From Phoronis australis (lineage: Eukaryota > Animalia > Phoronida), in assembly GCA_002633005.1 (NCBI GenBank), contig NMRA01000034.1, forward strand, positions 1,100,783 through 1,164,782: DNA of 64,000 bases. The letters are read 5' to 3'. Of the stretch, positions 24,626 through 37,369 are shown piece after piece (positions within the stretch are counted from its first letter, which is position 1; each line of letters starts with the position of its first letter). The notes under the pieces are model-generated. The model made no database searches, had not been told where the DNA came from, and worked only from the letters and a program-made list of their open reading frames with translations. The position numbers were made by a program, and so were the translations under genes.

Positions 24626-27012
24626 AATCAATGACGAGAGTAGTCTATCTCACATTCTTCTCAAAAGATGTACAGGCTACAAAAGGTAATATTTTACAGT
24701 TTAACATAACCCATAGAAAGCATTATCACTGGATATACTGTTTCAAGAATAACATACAATGCTGTAAGAGCCACAGCACATCTTTGAATAATCAGACTAT
24801 GTGTAAAATGAGAATGTGACCCTAAAATGGAGAATCCAAATTATACCAACTAGTACAAATTTATCTATAATTCTGTGGCATCCACAGGCAACGTAGGCAA
24901 CACATGGCCCCCCGGCTGGCTATACAGAGCTACAACACTCCCCAGTGGTCTCTGTGTTACTATCGCCGTGTGCATTTTAAATGGGTGGTAGCCAAACTCC
25001 ACTCATCGAATAAGACGGTTTCACCTCGTCAAAATACACTTTGTACTTAAAACTGCGACCTGAAATTAGAAATGTGAGCTGAAATTTTGGCCAGCTTGCA
25101 CCAAGTCGCAATTGACCAATCGCCAGGACTTTGAGTGACGGCTTAACTGACCATTTAGAACTCATCATTCTTGACACACCTTCGTTTCCAAGCCGTCATT
25201 TTACCCTACAAACAACCCGTTGCCGAGTAAAACTTATTGTTTTTAGTCGACATTACGCAAGGGGCGGAGCTTGCGATAGGTCAATATGCGACCAGGCGTT
25301 TCTATGGTAAGTCGAGTTTTTACTATTCTCGGGAGATACCTGGCAAATATCAAGCAACTCGTGTGAATCTCACCGTTATTTGGTTGTTGCCAAATCAAGT
25401 TCAAAAGAACAATAGCAAAGAACAGCCCTCCTGATGACTTGTAAACATTTCACGTGAACATGGGATAATGCAGAATCGACCTTTGACACATTTCATTGGC
25501 CTGGGAATATTCTCAGATTTTTTGCAAATTTCCGGATGCGCCAAAGAAAGTTTCCGGCCACAGGATAACGTGATAAAACATCACAAAGCAGGGGTGTTTC
25601 AACTAATTCTTAAACGATCAACTTAAAAAACTTAGTGATGGAAAACATATATATTTTTCATGTAAGATGTCCTTATTATCAATGGGATTGTTTGTTCATA
25701 AACAAACAGGCGTGATTTCGTGTAATTGACTACATCGTCTGCAGAATTATGCATGTTTCAAGTGTTATTCCCTGTATCAGCTGCGTACACCTGTGGCATA
25801 CATGGCGTTGTAATCGCCTATAGGTGGTGAAATTGCCTAAATTCTTGCCGCAACAGTGCTCAACTTAAATACTAAGCAGTATCAGCTTAAGAACTAAGTG
25901 ATATCTCACTCAGTCTCAACCTGCCTGAGAACACTGAGCAGCTGCAATACTCTTTAGCAACAGGTGTCAGAACATACAACATAGCAAAACGCGCCTTCCA
26001 TTAGAATATTAATTCAATCCTGTTGCCATCCACTACAACGCTTCTCACTACAAAAACTACCGTCCATGTATAAGTGAAACTAAAATGTTTGGCCTCACAT
26101 CATTGACAACTGAACATGTCCAGGAGTCAGGGCTTAGAATCTACCACGGTAGATTACTGTAAGACGTAAAACGTCTAAAACCATGAACTCCTGACAAGAC
26201 AAGACAAGAGCAAAGTAAAAAGGAAACTTTTTCTCTGTTGAGCAGTAAAGTGGTTGTCACGACAATAAGAAATGTGAGCTATTGTACAAACCTATGCAAC
26301 ATCTACCTTCAATTTGTAAGATGAGCCGTAAATGATCCATTCACTGCAGCAGTCCTTTCGTAGACTTTCCAAGACTGCGCCCACTATTCACACATATGCT
26401 TGTCTACAACAGATAGTACGGGACTGCCCATTGGTTTATACCACCCAACTTGCCCATTGTTTTCGATTTTCAACAAATCCGGAAGCAGTAGATCTAACAT
26501 TCAAAAACAAAAGTGTTGAAGCAATTTTGAACACCTGTAACCAAGCGGCATCATTTTTCCACTTAATATTAATTGACAAGATTGGTTTGTGACGTGTTTG
26601 CGTTAAAATGCTGAAACACAAGGTGAGAATATAATGAAACAAATATTCAGAAAACGCCATCTATCGGAGACCATGAAACAACAGCAGCCAGTGAAATAGT
26701 TGCACTCGGCACCTGTTAACTTTTCATTCAGACCACTTATCGTTACAGTACTAGCCTCATTTCGTTCCTTACAATTACAACTGATTTTAATGCTTGCAAA
26801 AAACCGATACTTCAGACCAGAGAGTCACAAGCCTGGTTATGACTCGAATTCCAGAAAAGTGTTTCCTTGTACACTACAGTTTCTATTAGCAAACGATTCG
26901 TTTAATCGGAACATAGTTTGTGGCGGCTCTAACTTTCACTTTATCCATATCAGTGGAATGCTTCACCTCAAAATGGATATTATGGTGAGGTAGTAGCCTT
27001 TGGGCTCATCAT

Positions 27013-27323
27013 CCGGGGCGGGGTCACTCATATTGACAAGGTGTCGCAGGCGTGAACCAAAAATTGCAGGAAGGTGGTGTTTTTCATTCAGTAAGTTTGT
27101 GTCACCCGAGTGGGGTCCAATAGGCCCCTAAATTTCCAGTTCATCCCCACAAAAGGCCCACAGCATTGGCCTTAGCCCAGCAAAAAGCGCACTGGCCGAC
27201 TTCCTATCCCCGCAAAAGGGGGTGGTAATAAGCAATCCTGGCACCTGAAATGAAGGGGTCTCTCCGCAGCAATTTTTGGTACACTCCGCCAGTGGGGGCA
27301 CCTTCACGAGTGACCCCCCTAGG
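27013..27323. mobile_element. MITE with CCGGGG..GTCACTC / GAGTGACCCCCC termini (EnSpm-like)
   Basis: ccggggcggggtcactc ... gagtgacccccctagg imperfect TIR pair. Confidence 0.55.
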
Positions 27324-27677
27324 AGGCTTATTGATTCAAGACACCACTTAGCATGGCCCCNTGTCGCAGGCGTGAACCAAAAATTGCAGGAAGGTGGTGT
27401 TTTTTCAGTAAGTTTGTGTCACCCGAGTGGGGTCCAATAGGCCCCTAAATTTCCAGTTCATCCCCACAAAAGGCCCACAGCATTGGCCTTAGCCCAGCAA
27501 AAAGCGCACTGGCCGACTTCCTATCCCCGCAAAAGGGGGTGGTAATAAGCAATCCTGGCACCTGAAATGAAGGGGTCTCTCCGCAGCAATTTTTGGTACA
27601 CTCCGCCAGTGGGGGCACCTTCACGAGTGACCCCCCTAGGAGGCTTATTGATTCAAGACACCACTTAGCATGGCCCC
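27042..27677. repeat. Tandem duplication of ~318 bp joined by a single N (27361)
   Basis: 27042-27360 matches 27362-27677 apart from a small indel. Confidence 0.92.
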
Positions 27678-28294
27678 CTGCTCATTGCAAAAATGGGTAA
27701 TAGTCACTTTCAGGTGTACCGGATTTCGAGAACCAGGGAGAAAACAGGTTCTCGGCAACACCCAGCCGTAAGTGACTATATTACCCATAAATGACCTCTC
27801 CTGCTCGACAGTATTTCAAATTCACATTTGGCTCATTGAAAATTTCTGGCTATACATACCCGTGGTCACCATCAATGGATTTGGCAGCCACTTCCTGATC
27901 AGCACATAATTCTTTGCTACCTGACCACCACTTTATCATACACAGACAGCATGCCCATCAACAAATTTACACTACTAGTAGCCAACTTTTTATCAAACAT
28001 TTTGACCCACACCCACAAAAACGTTTCCTGCATGTACATGAATCTCATCAGAATTTCAAGAAAAATTTGGAGCACCGTACTTACAGCGTATTAGCAATTA
28101 AGTCTTCTACTTGCCTTTACAATTTATGTTGAACATACTGACTGACAAGACTATCCAGTCAACTTGTTCTTGAGAACAGTTGAACCATGTCACAGTGAAC
28201 CCTTCCTGATGTTTCTAACATGTCCTTGTAACCAAACAAAATACTTTTCATGCAACAGCTTGCAAGTCACTAGCTGGGGAATGGAACAATAAAA

Positions 28295-28538
28295 GGGCAA
28301 AATTTATCAACGGTTTTACAGACGACAATTGTAGCTCAGACGGTCCTAGGAATATCATTGTGAACGCGATGGTGCATAGCGATACAATTGCTGAAAGCTT
28401 AATTTTCCAGGTTCTAACTTAACAACCAATCAACCACCCCCACTAGCCCTGACAACGAAGTGAGAATGAGCAAAATGCAACGTAAGCTAAAACTATCTTA
28501 ACCAAGACCGGACTTACAACCTTTGATAAAACAGGCCC
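28295..28538. mobile_element. Degenerate PIF/Harbinger-like MITE
   Basis: gggcaaaatttatcaacggtt ... aacctttgataaaacaggccc imperfect TIRs. Confidence 0.45.
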
Positions 28539-28737
28539 CAGATTCACAGATAAAACGTAGTTTGACTGTAACATACTGGTGACAGAAAGTGCTGTGGCAC
28601 ATGAATGAGACAACACTCTTTGAATTAATCTGTATTGTCATTCATAACATGTTCAACAGTAAAGAAGAGCCTTGTACATCAATGACAACTTTCAAACAAA
28701 ATCTCTAGCTGTTCTGCGAGCACAACTACAGCAAATG

Positions 28738-30993
28738 TCATTCAAACCATTTTGATTTTACATTTTTCAGTTCATTCTTTTTAGACATGGCTCCCATCAA
28801 CCTTTGTTTGTGTTTGTTCACTAAAGAGTCAAAACTGTCCGTTTTTTCAGACCGGCGTTGCCTTTTACTTCTACTCTGTGAAGATTTGACAGATTTCCTC
28901 TTGGGAGCTTTCGTCTTCTTCGCATCATTTACTTGCTGAGACTGAGGCCTGGGTTTGTGTCGCACTTTGGGACCCCAATGACTTGGAAGTCCTTTAGGCA
29001 GCTTTGTACCACCTGCAGTACGAGGAACCGCAGACTGCAGAGGAAACTTATCATCTTTTTGCTTTGTCTTCACTTTTGGTTTCTCACCGACTCGGTCTTT
29101 CCCAAATCGAGTTTGCTTAGTACGAATTCGCTCTAAACGCTTAGCTTTCAGCTGGAGAGCAGCTTTGTTTTCCAGGGAAAATTCCACAATCAAACGTTTA
29201 TTCTCTCCAAAAAGTGACGGATCATTATTTGTTTTCCGCAAGGCTTGTAAGGCATGTTTGTGATCGGAAAACTCAACAAAGGCAAATCCCTTGGATTTTC
29301 CAATACCTTCAGAGTTCACCCGATTAAGGTCGCGCATAACTCGGCATTCAGTTATTTTGGCCGTATTGTCACTAACGGCTTTACGAAACAGAGTCCTCAA
29401 CTCATTGTCACTGACTGTGGCGGGAATGTTTCTCACACAAAGCCTTGTGGGAGAAACAAAAACCAATGGGTTTTTCAGTTTCTGCCGTTTCATTTGCTCA
29501 ACTTTCATGCGTTTATCTAAGTCAACTTTTGACAAGCCTTCAGCCTCTTTCGTTCCAGGTCGAATCATCCCTTCCCGTACCAAGAACAGGTTTCGGTTAT
29601 CTTTAGGTTGTTTTTCTTTTTTCTCCTTTCGCAAGTTGTCTGCCTCTTCTCGACTAACAGCGCGGGAGACATAAAGTTGTCGATTGTCAAGATAAAACTT
29701 GTCACTAAAAGACTCATCCTTTGCCTTTTCCAAACAACTGTCAGCATCTGCTTTCTCAACATATTTAACAAATGCCATTCCCTTTGAATGCTCTGTACTG
29801 GAATCAGTAACAAGCCGGCAAAATGTGATGTTGCCAAATTCTGAGAAAAGATTTTCTATATCTTCTTCCTCAGTGTCAAAGGACAAATTTCTGATAAATA
29901 CAGTTTTTCCTTCACCAACATCCGATTTAACTTTCAGCTTAACATTTTTGTTGCTTTTCAACATAGTCTCATCCCCACTATCAATGCTCATATCGTCCCT
30001 ATCTTCATCACTGGTGTCAAAGTCATCATCACTATGTTCTTTGTCATCACCATCTTCCTCATCATCATCTTCCTCATCATCATCATCATCTTCCTCATCA
30101 TCATCATTCTCTTTCTCAATGTCATCATCGTCATCATCATCATCTACTTTGCTCTTACGAACCTTTTTGGTTTTCGAATCAAGTGTCTTATTTTTTGCTT
30201 CTTTTTCAAGCTCGTCATTTTTGACAGCATCGTTGTTGCCATCATCACTGTCACTATCGTTGTCATCATGACTACGAATTGCATCCTTGTGAACTTCGCC
30301 TCCTTTTTGTTGGGAAACGTACCGAACTTTGGGCAAGGCCCAATCAACGGCAACAACTCGACCTTTGATTTCCTTCCCATTCATCTTGTGCAATGCAATG
30401 TTCGCAAAGTTCATATCAGTGAAATGTACAAAACCAAACCCCAACATTTTACCATCGGCTTTTTTGGGAATCTTCACTTCCTTAATTTTGCCAAATTTTT
30501 TAAATGCCCTATGTAAGTCCTCATTTGTGCATTTAAAGGATAGATTTCGCACAATGAGTTTGCTTTTCCATTCTGCAGTCAATTTTTGGTCACCTTGTTT
30601 TTTCTCATTCACACGACTACTGTTGGCTGGAGAAATTATAAGATTCTCTCCAGATTTTTTAGTATCACCAACTCCAATGTTCGTATTTACGCTTTCAGTA
30701 CTTTTTGGTTTTGAATTTTTAACTTTTTTACGAGCAAAATCGATGAGCAATTTCCTGCCGTCAATTTTGAACTCCTGTTCCTTGGCTTTCTCAGCATCCA
30801 CCCGAACAGAAAATGTCACGTAACCAAAGCCTTTGCCTTTTCCTGAACTTTTATCTTTCACAACAAAACAATGCTTCAGTGGTCCAATGTCACCAAATAT
30901 ATGTTCTAGTTCTGAGTCAGTGGCAGAATAAGGTACATTTCCAACAAACAAAGTTTTTGAAGACATATCACCGCTCCCCACGTTAGTCGCCAT
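28738..30993 (-). CDS. RBM28: RNA-binding protein 28 (Nop4 homologue), four RRMs with an acidic linker; single coding exon, 751 aa
   Basis: RRM1 KTLFVGNVPY/KGFGYVTF, RRM2 KLIVRNLSF/GFGFV...VAVDWALPK, D/E-rich tract, RRM3 GKTVFIRNLSFD, DNRNLFLVREG, RRM4 SPTRLCVRNIP, C-terminal SKWFE. True ATG is in agcATGG at 30993; the ORF-track extension to 31140 starts at GTG. Confidence 0.95.
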   Translation of the reverse strand: MATNVGSGDMSSKTLFVGNVPYSATDSELEHIFGDIGPLKHCFVVKDKSSGKGKGFGYVTFSVRVDAEKAKEQEFKIDGRKLLIDFARKKVKNSKPKSTESVNTNIGVGDTKKSGENLIISPANSSRVNEKKQGDQKLTAEWKSKLIVRNLSFKCTNEDLHRAFKKFGKIKEVKIPKKADGKMLGFGFVHFTDMNFANIALHKMNGKEIKGRVVAVDWALPKVRYVSQQKGGEVHKDAIRSHDDNDSDSDDGNNDAVKNDELEKEAKNKTLDSKTKKVRKSKVDDDDDDDDIEKENDDDEEDDDDDEEDDDEEDGDDKEHSDDDFDTSDEDRDDMSIDSGDETMLKSNKNVKLKVKSDVGEGKTVFIRNLSFDTEEEDIENLFSEFGNITFCRLVTDSSTEHSKGMAFVKYVEKADADSCLEKAKDESFSDKFYLDNRQLYVSRAVSREEADNLRKEKKEKQPKDNRNLFLVREGMIRPGTKEAEGLSKVDLDKRMKVEQMKRQKLKNPLVFVSPTRLCVRNIPATVSDNELRTLFRKAVSDNTAKITECRVMRDLNRVNSEGIGKSKGFAFVEFSDHKHALQALRKTNNDPSLFGENKRLIVEFSLENKAALQLKAKRLERIRTKQTRFGKDRVGEKPKVKTKQKDDKFPLQSAVPRTAGGTKLPKGLPSHWGPKVRHKPRPQSQQVNDAKKTKAPKRKSVKSSQSRSKRQRRSEKTDSFDSLVNKHKQRLMGAMSKKNELKNVKSKWFE

Positions 30994-30999
30994 GCTTGT

Positions 31000-31210
31000 T
31001 TGTGTATTTCCGGTTGAAATGACTTCTCGCATACTCACCAGATGGCAGCTAATGTTCATAGGACCGTGCATGTGCGCTTCAGAACTCGCTGCCGCAAACC
31101 GATGCACGTGGAAATATAGGAGAGCTGGTGGAAAGACCACTTTTATGAATTTTCGAAGACTCCGGCTCTGTGTTCCTATCGGCTGGAAACTGGCACGTGC
31201 ACCGCAATAA
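31000..31210 (-). promoter_or_regulatory. Putative RBM28 promoter with E-boxes
   Basis: CACGTG at 31105-31110 and 31194-31199, CATGTG at 31069-31074, ETS-like CCGGAAAT near 31006-31013, locally CpG-rich. Myc-type E-boxes are typical of animal ribosome-biogenesis gene promoters. Confidence 0.5.
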
Positions 31211-31696
31211 TTTGCCGGTCCGGATCAGTGACATCAGTAGGCCTAATGATTCCGCGGCCCCATTAGACGCAATGAAGATTAAGTTAATCATTCATATGTC
31301 TTATATCTTGAAAAAGTCGAGAACAATGAGCTAAAGTAAGGCACAGCTTTTTTGCAAAGCGCGATAATTCCGACTCGGACTGAGATTTTTAACTTCCCTT
31401 AATAGTAGTAGGAACGCAGTTTTATTAGGAAATGCAGTTATCCGAGTCAGTGCAGTGATTCTGCAGGGACCCGGTCTCTCTGGCAAGCAATTGGAGACAT
31501 CCGTATTTCGTTTTTTCTAGGAAATGTTTATCACTTAATACAAAATTGAGAACCTCAGTGACAGGTAGCCAACATTTGCTGTCCTGATAGTCAGTGTTCT
31601 TGCCGCTCAGCGGAGTTGCCACACAACAGCTGGCTAAATCAAGCAACTCTCCCGCGTTTTAATTTTCACTCACTGCTATCGGAAAGGTATTGCATC

Positions 31697-33228
31697 CAGT
31701 GCTGTAGTGAGGCGTAGGCGCAGCTCAGAACCACCTACCATTAGCTCAAATTAGGCGGGTTTAGGCCGGGTGGGGGGCCCNTTTTAAAAAAAATGGAATT
31801 TGAGTGATGGTGAAAGCTGCTGAGATGTCAATTTTAATCGAAGCTTTTGTGAATCACTCAGAAACTCATAATTCTAGTTGTCAAACCTTAACTTAAAAGA
31901 CGATTTCCAAAGCAATCGCGTCATTATTGCCAACACAAAAAACGGATTTGGTCTTTTGGGCAATTGAAGACTATTTTAAATACAACAAATTTGTTACGAA
32001 CTGATTGCACAAAAAACATACAATAAGCATTACAAAAAGGAGTTTTCGCGCGCAAACGCTGTGGACCATAAATAAGTAGGTCTCTTAGTAAAAACTTAGA
32101 GATAAATCGTGGTGGTGCAGGGGTAAAGCACGCGTGCTCTACTAGCAATGTCGTGAGTTCGAAACCGTAGTACCTGCAGTTGTTGCTGGTTGACACATTC
32201 TTTCTTTTTTTGCCTTTTTTCTTGGATAATACTTCGGGAATCAAGGAAAATGCTTGATTTTTAGAGGAAAAAGCAGAAAAATTTCCTGGGCGGGAGGGGG
32301 GCAAACCCCCTCCCGACCTCCCCCCATTCGGTGCTATGCACATCTACAATCGTGCTTGGACCGAATGTTTACAGACAAAATGTTGGGCCCCCCCTTGTGA
32401 TATCCTAGATCCGCCACTGCAGCTAGAACGTAGCTAGAGCGCCCGCTACTCACCGGCGTACGGCCGTAGGCGCAGCCAACCCGCCATCTAAGTTACATAT
32501 CTTAACGTAGCGCCTGCCCACAGGAAGTGACGGTATCTGAGTGGGGCATAGTCTTAGATAGCTTACAGCATCAATGCACTGCTTCGCTGACGACAACATT
32601 GTTGCCAAATATTCCAGGTAGGCGTGTGAGTACCTTATATCCTGGACATTGTAACTTGGAAAAAACGACTGGTTTGAGGAGGATTCTGTAACTAAGCACT
32701 CTACGTTTGGGCAGGTCACAAGTATCTGGTATTTTACTAATTAACTTTGAAACTAAATGAAAAAGTAAGAACAGCTGCTCAGCTCAGGCATCAGTGCTTT
32801 TGTAACATCGTGTTTGTGTATTTCATGATAAAGAAACAGGTATGGTGTCATACCATAGACGGATAAAAAGGACCGAAGGGCACCCAGGACACACCCCACG
32901 GGCGACTAAAAAATGCCGCCAGCATATCGTTCTGGGTGTTACGCGCCTATTTTCCTTTATAATTGTATTTAGGCCCCCCTTCGATCAGTGACCGCTTGGC
33001 ATGTACGTGGACTTTGCCTTCCTGTATATGTGGTTGGGGCCCCTTTCTGCTACATCTTAGATTCTCGCCACTGCAGACTCGAAGCAAGTGCCCACTCGTA
33101 AGTCAAAAATACGCCTATATTTGTGAGTCAGGTTTTGCGAATTCAATGCACTTTTAAAATTCAGTGCACAAGGTGATACGGTGGGCTTTGGGCGCCTACT
33201 TACCTCAAATTTTACCACTATAGCACTG
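31697..33228. mobile_element. Non-autonomous hAT element with perfect 8-bp TSD and a nested MITE end
   Basis: TIR CAGTGCTGTAGTG ... CACTATAGCACTG; TSD ATTGCATC at 31689-31696 and 33229-33236; subterminal GTAGGCGC motifs; nested ...tagatccgccactg end at 32419; N at 31781. Confidence 0.85.
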
Positions 33229-35383
33229 ATTGCATCACCAATTCACATCGAACACTAAGCAAGCATACATAGACCACAATAGCCGCACAAAAAGTGCAAG
33301 TCATACCAGCTTTGCGTGGTTTTGAAAATTGTTTGTTCCTTTGTATTCACGGAAGTTTTTCATTGCAAAGCTCATCTAAGCAATCATCAACAATTAATGC
33401 CAGGTTACACGGACAAGACGACTGTAGGCGACTGAGTTGACCAGTAATTAGGGGAATTGCAACATATATGCAACGCACTAAACGCTAGTCCTCCGTACGG
33501 TATCATAAACAGAGAAGTGTTGAAGATGATCATTTATAGAAAGTTTGAAACCTGATGAGACTTTCAACCTCTTGACGAGAATACGATGAACACTCGTAAA
33601 GAAAGTACAATGCTCCACGACCAAATGAAGAACTTAGTGAACAAAGTACATGTAGATGATCTTAAACCATAATGTATTCTTTTGAATGAACCAATAAATA
33701 CGTTANNNNNNNNNNNNNNNNNNNNNNNNNNNNNNNNNNNNNNNNNNNNNNNNNNNNNNNNNNNNNNNNNNNNNNNNNNNNNNNNNNNNNNNNNNNNNNN
33801 NNNNNNNNNNNNNNNNNNNNNNNNNNNNNNNNNNNNNNNNNNNNNNNNNNNNNNNNNNNNNNNNNNNNNNNNNNNNNNNNNNNNNNNNNNNNNNNNNNNN
33901 NNNNNNNNNNNNNNNNNNNNNNNNNNNNNNNNNNNNNNNNNNNNNNNNNNNNNNNNNNNNNNNNNNNNNNNNNNNNNNNNNNNNNNNNNNNNNNNNNNNN
34001 NNNNNNNGGGGGCAAACCCCCTCCCGACCTCCCCCCATTCGGTGCTATGCACATCTACAATCGTGCTTGGACCGAATGTTTACAGACAAAATGTTGGGCT
34101 CCCCCTTGTGATATCCTAGATCCGCCACTGCAGCTAGAACGTAGCTAGAGCGCCCGCTACTCACCGGCGTACGGCCGTAGGCGCAGCCAACCCGCCATCT
34201 AAGTTACATATCTTAACGTAGCGCCTGCCCACAGTAAGTGACGGTATCTGATAGCTTACAGCATCAATGCACTGCTTCGCTGACGACAACATTGTTGCCA
34301 AATATTCCAGGTAGGCGTGTGAGTACCTTATATCCTGGACATTGTAACTTGGAAAAAACCGACAATGAAAAAGGTTTGAGGAGGATTCTGTAACTAAGCA
34401 TTCTACGTTTGGGCAGGTCACAAGTATCTGGTATTTTACTAATTAACTTTGAAACTAAATGAAAAAGTAAGAACAGCTGCTCAGCTCAGGCATCAGTGCT
34501 TTTGTAACATCGTGTTTGTGTATTTCAAGATAAAGAAACAGGTATGGTGTCATACCATAGACGGATAAAAAGGACCGAAGGGCCCCCAGGACACACCCCA
34601 CGGGCGACTAAAAAATGCCGCCAGCATATCGTTCTGGGTGTTACGCGCCTATTTTCCTTTATAATTGTATTTAGGCCCCCCTTCGATCAGTGACCGCTTG
34701 GCATGTACGTGGACTTTGCCTTCCTGTATATGTGGCTGGGGCCCCTTTCTGCTACATCTTAGATTCTCGCCACTGCAGACTCGAAGCAAGTGCCCACTCG
34801 TGAGTCAAAAATACGCCTATATTTGTGAGTCAGGTTTTGCGAATTCAATGCACTTTTAAAATTCAGTGCACAAGGTGATACGGTGGGCTTTGGGCGCCTA
34901 CTTACCTCTAATTTACCACTACAGCACTGATTGCATCACCAATTCACATCGAACACTAAGCAAGCATACATAGACCACAATAGCCGCACAAAAAGTGCAA
35001 GTCATACCAGCTTTGCGTGGTTTTGAACATTGTTTGTTCATTGCAAAGCTCATCTAAGCAATCATCAACAATTAATGCCAGGTTACACAGACAAGACGAC
35101 TGTAGGCGACTGAGTTGACCAGTAATTAGGGGCATTGCAACATATATGCAACGCACTAAACGCTAGTCCTCCGTACGGTATCATAAACAGAGAAGTGTTG
35201 GAGATGATCAATTATAGAAAGTTTGAAACCTGATGAGACTTTCAACCTCTTGACGAGAATACGATGAACACTCGTAAAGAAAATACAATGCTCCACGACC
35301 AAATGAAGAACTTAGTGAACAAAGTACATGTAGATGATCTTAAACCATATTGTATTCTTTTGAATGAACCAATAAATACGTTA
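32297..35383. repeat. Duplication of ~1.4 kb flanking an assembly gap
   Basis: 32297-33705 matches 34008-35383 (SNPs and ~9-19-bp indels); N-run 33706-34007. Confidence 0.92.
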
Positions 35384-37369
35384 TCACGAATAATCTCGGA
35401 CAATTTTTAGGGATATCCCCAAACCCCGTGGGTGCCCCGTCTCTTGCGTTTCTCCGGTTGCCCGGGAATTGCTTATAATTGCTTTTTTATTAATTGTTTA
35501 TTCTTTATTTCTGATCTACGGGAAATGAATTTGAACTCCCAGCGTTGTATTGATATGTGAGAATATTTTCGGAACATTTCGACAAGTGGCATATGTTTAG
35601 TCTACAATGTATCAGGAAAACGCTACGATACCTGTCAGAGGTGAAAGAACGGAGAATGGTAAAAATTTATATAGAAATTGACCGAAAAATACAAAGTTGA
35701 AGAGAAATATTATTTTGGAGGATGTGTTGCGATGAGACAAAGAAATCACGTGATACAATTAAACCAATAGTGGGAGAACATAGGTCACTGACCCAAGAAT
35801 CAAAACAATATGATAATGAGGACGAAGTAGTATAGCTTTCATAAAATAATTTAATGCTTAAATAATATTTATTTGCTCCCCAGGCCCCAGCCACCAGAAA
35901 GTGTACTGCCCGTGTTTTGCCACAGTACCAGGGGCCCCAGATCCTGGCCCGTTCAAAATATATCTTCAAAGCATCAGTGATCCGCCATAAAATGAACTTT
36001 CCCCAAACTGGACCACAATAAAATGAACATTGACCTTAGAGCCAGCGCAGATGGATACATGTGCGAGCTAAGTTGTTTGTCTTAAGTAAATCACTGCTGT
36101 GCTGATCAGCGACCAGCCTACTCAGTTTCTGTTTTCACACCTGAGTAGGTGTGACCCTGGAGCGCGAGTTGGTGACTATAGGAAGGGCGGCAATTGGTTT
36201 GTGCCCTCACCACCAATTTTTTACTTTCCTACGGCCCTGGTCGCTTAACTCCACACATTGAAACCAACGTCATCCTGACCACTGGCGTAGCCCACGTTAA
36301 TGGGTACAACCGGGGTCCCACCTGCTCAATTCAAAGGAGCCTTACTTCAGCGCCAGCACGGACACGAGCTTGCACTGGGTGCCTTGGATTTTTTCAAGAA
36401 ACAAGTACTACTTAGAGTGCGCAATTGAGTGTCCGAGTCAGCGGATAAAGCTTCGTATGTGAGCGCCTTAAATGAACAAGTAAAGCAAGAATCTCACGGC
36501 AGGCTCCACTGGCTGGTACTTAATTAGTCCCCTTACTGCTTCGGGAGAAAATTTGCTTGCGCTGGTTGATCGAGTAATTCGCTCGTAGACGATCACGAGA
36601 CGATATTTCGAAGACAAAGAATACAGTAAGTAACGAACAAGAAATAAATATTTCCAAATGTCTGTATTAAAAAATGTAATTATTATCGAAGTAACAAAAA
36701 TACAAAGTGGGAAATAGTTAACCTGAAAATAAGGGAATGTACAGCATGAGGTACTCGAATATGAAAAAGAAAGTACAAAGTTTATTAACACTGGCCTAAT
36801 TTAACAGGGGAATATTTGAAGGAAATGTTGGCAAGGGAATTGTTAAGAATTTGGAAAGATCAAAAACTGATTTGCACCGATTTGATTACAAAAGTTAGGC
36901 AAATAGCAAGAAGTGATGCTCAGTTAACTGAGAACGGGGGGAGTAGCTCAAACTTTTTTGCTTCATTACATAGAGAAGTGAAACTTTAAAGACATGCGTA
37001 AGTATCCTTAAAAGAAAGATGGGTACTTGGTAAAAGACCATGTTGAAATTATGTGAGAAATAACTAATTATTGCTTCATTGTTTTCACAAATACTAGTTT
37101 TTAAGATTTTTGCAACTGTGTTCATGTTGGATTACGTATCATAATTCAGTGCAGATGTCGCTGTCACGAGCATCCGTGGTTATGAACATTATTTTCAAGC
37201 CTATGTTGCAAATAAGTAGACGAATGCCAAACCGCGTCCAAATTACATGTATTAATCACATTCCGAATATTAGGCCAACACATTTGTTTTATATTTGATG
37301 TGATGAAAAATGAAATGTAAGATATCTTCAGGCGAACACACTAAGTTAATTTTATGATTTCACCAGTCT

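Noticed and set aside
29291-30823. Long plus-strand ORFs, including the 190-aa Ser-rich and 160-aa Ile-rich ones
   Set aside because: Antisense shadows of RBM28 and its (GAT)n acidic tract.
30994-31140. 49-aa N-terminal extension of RBM28 in the ORF track
   Set aside because: Starts at GTG, has no RBM28-like character and overlaps promoter motifs; ATG 30993 has the best context.
33564-34119. ORFs spanning the N-run
   Set aside because: Artefacts of translating through an assembly gap; the same applies at 52258-52607.
27042-35383. Tandem duplications at 27042-27677 and 32297-35383 as real segmental duplications or LTR pairs
   Set aside because: Each junction coincides exactly with an N or gap, divergence is allele-like, and there are no TG..CA ends or PBS; most likely uncollapsed haplotypes.
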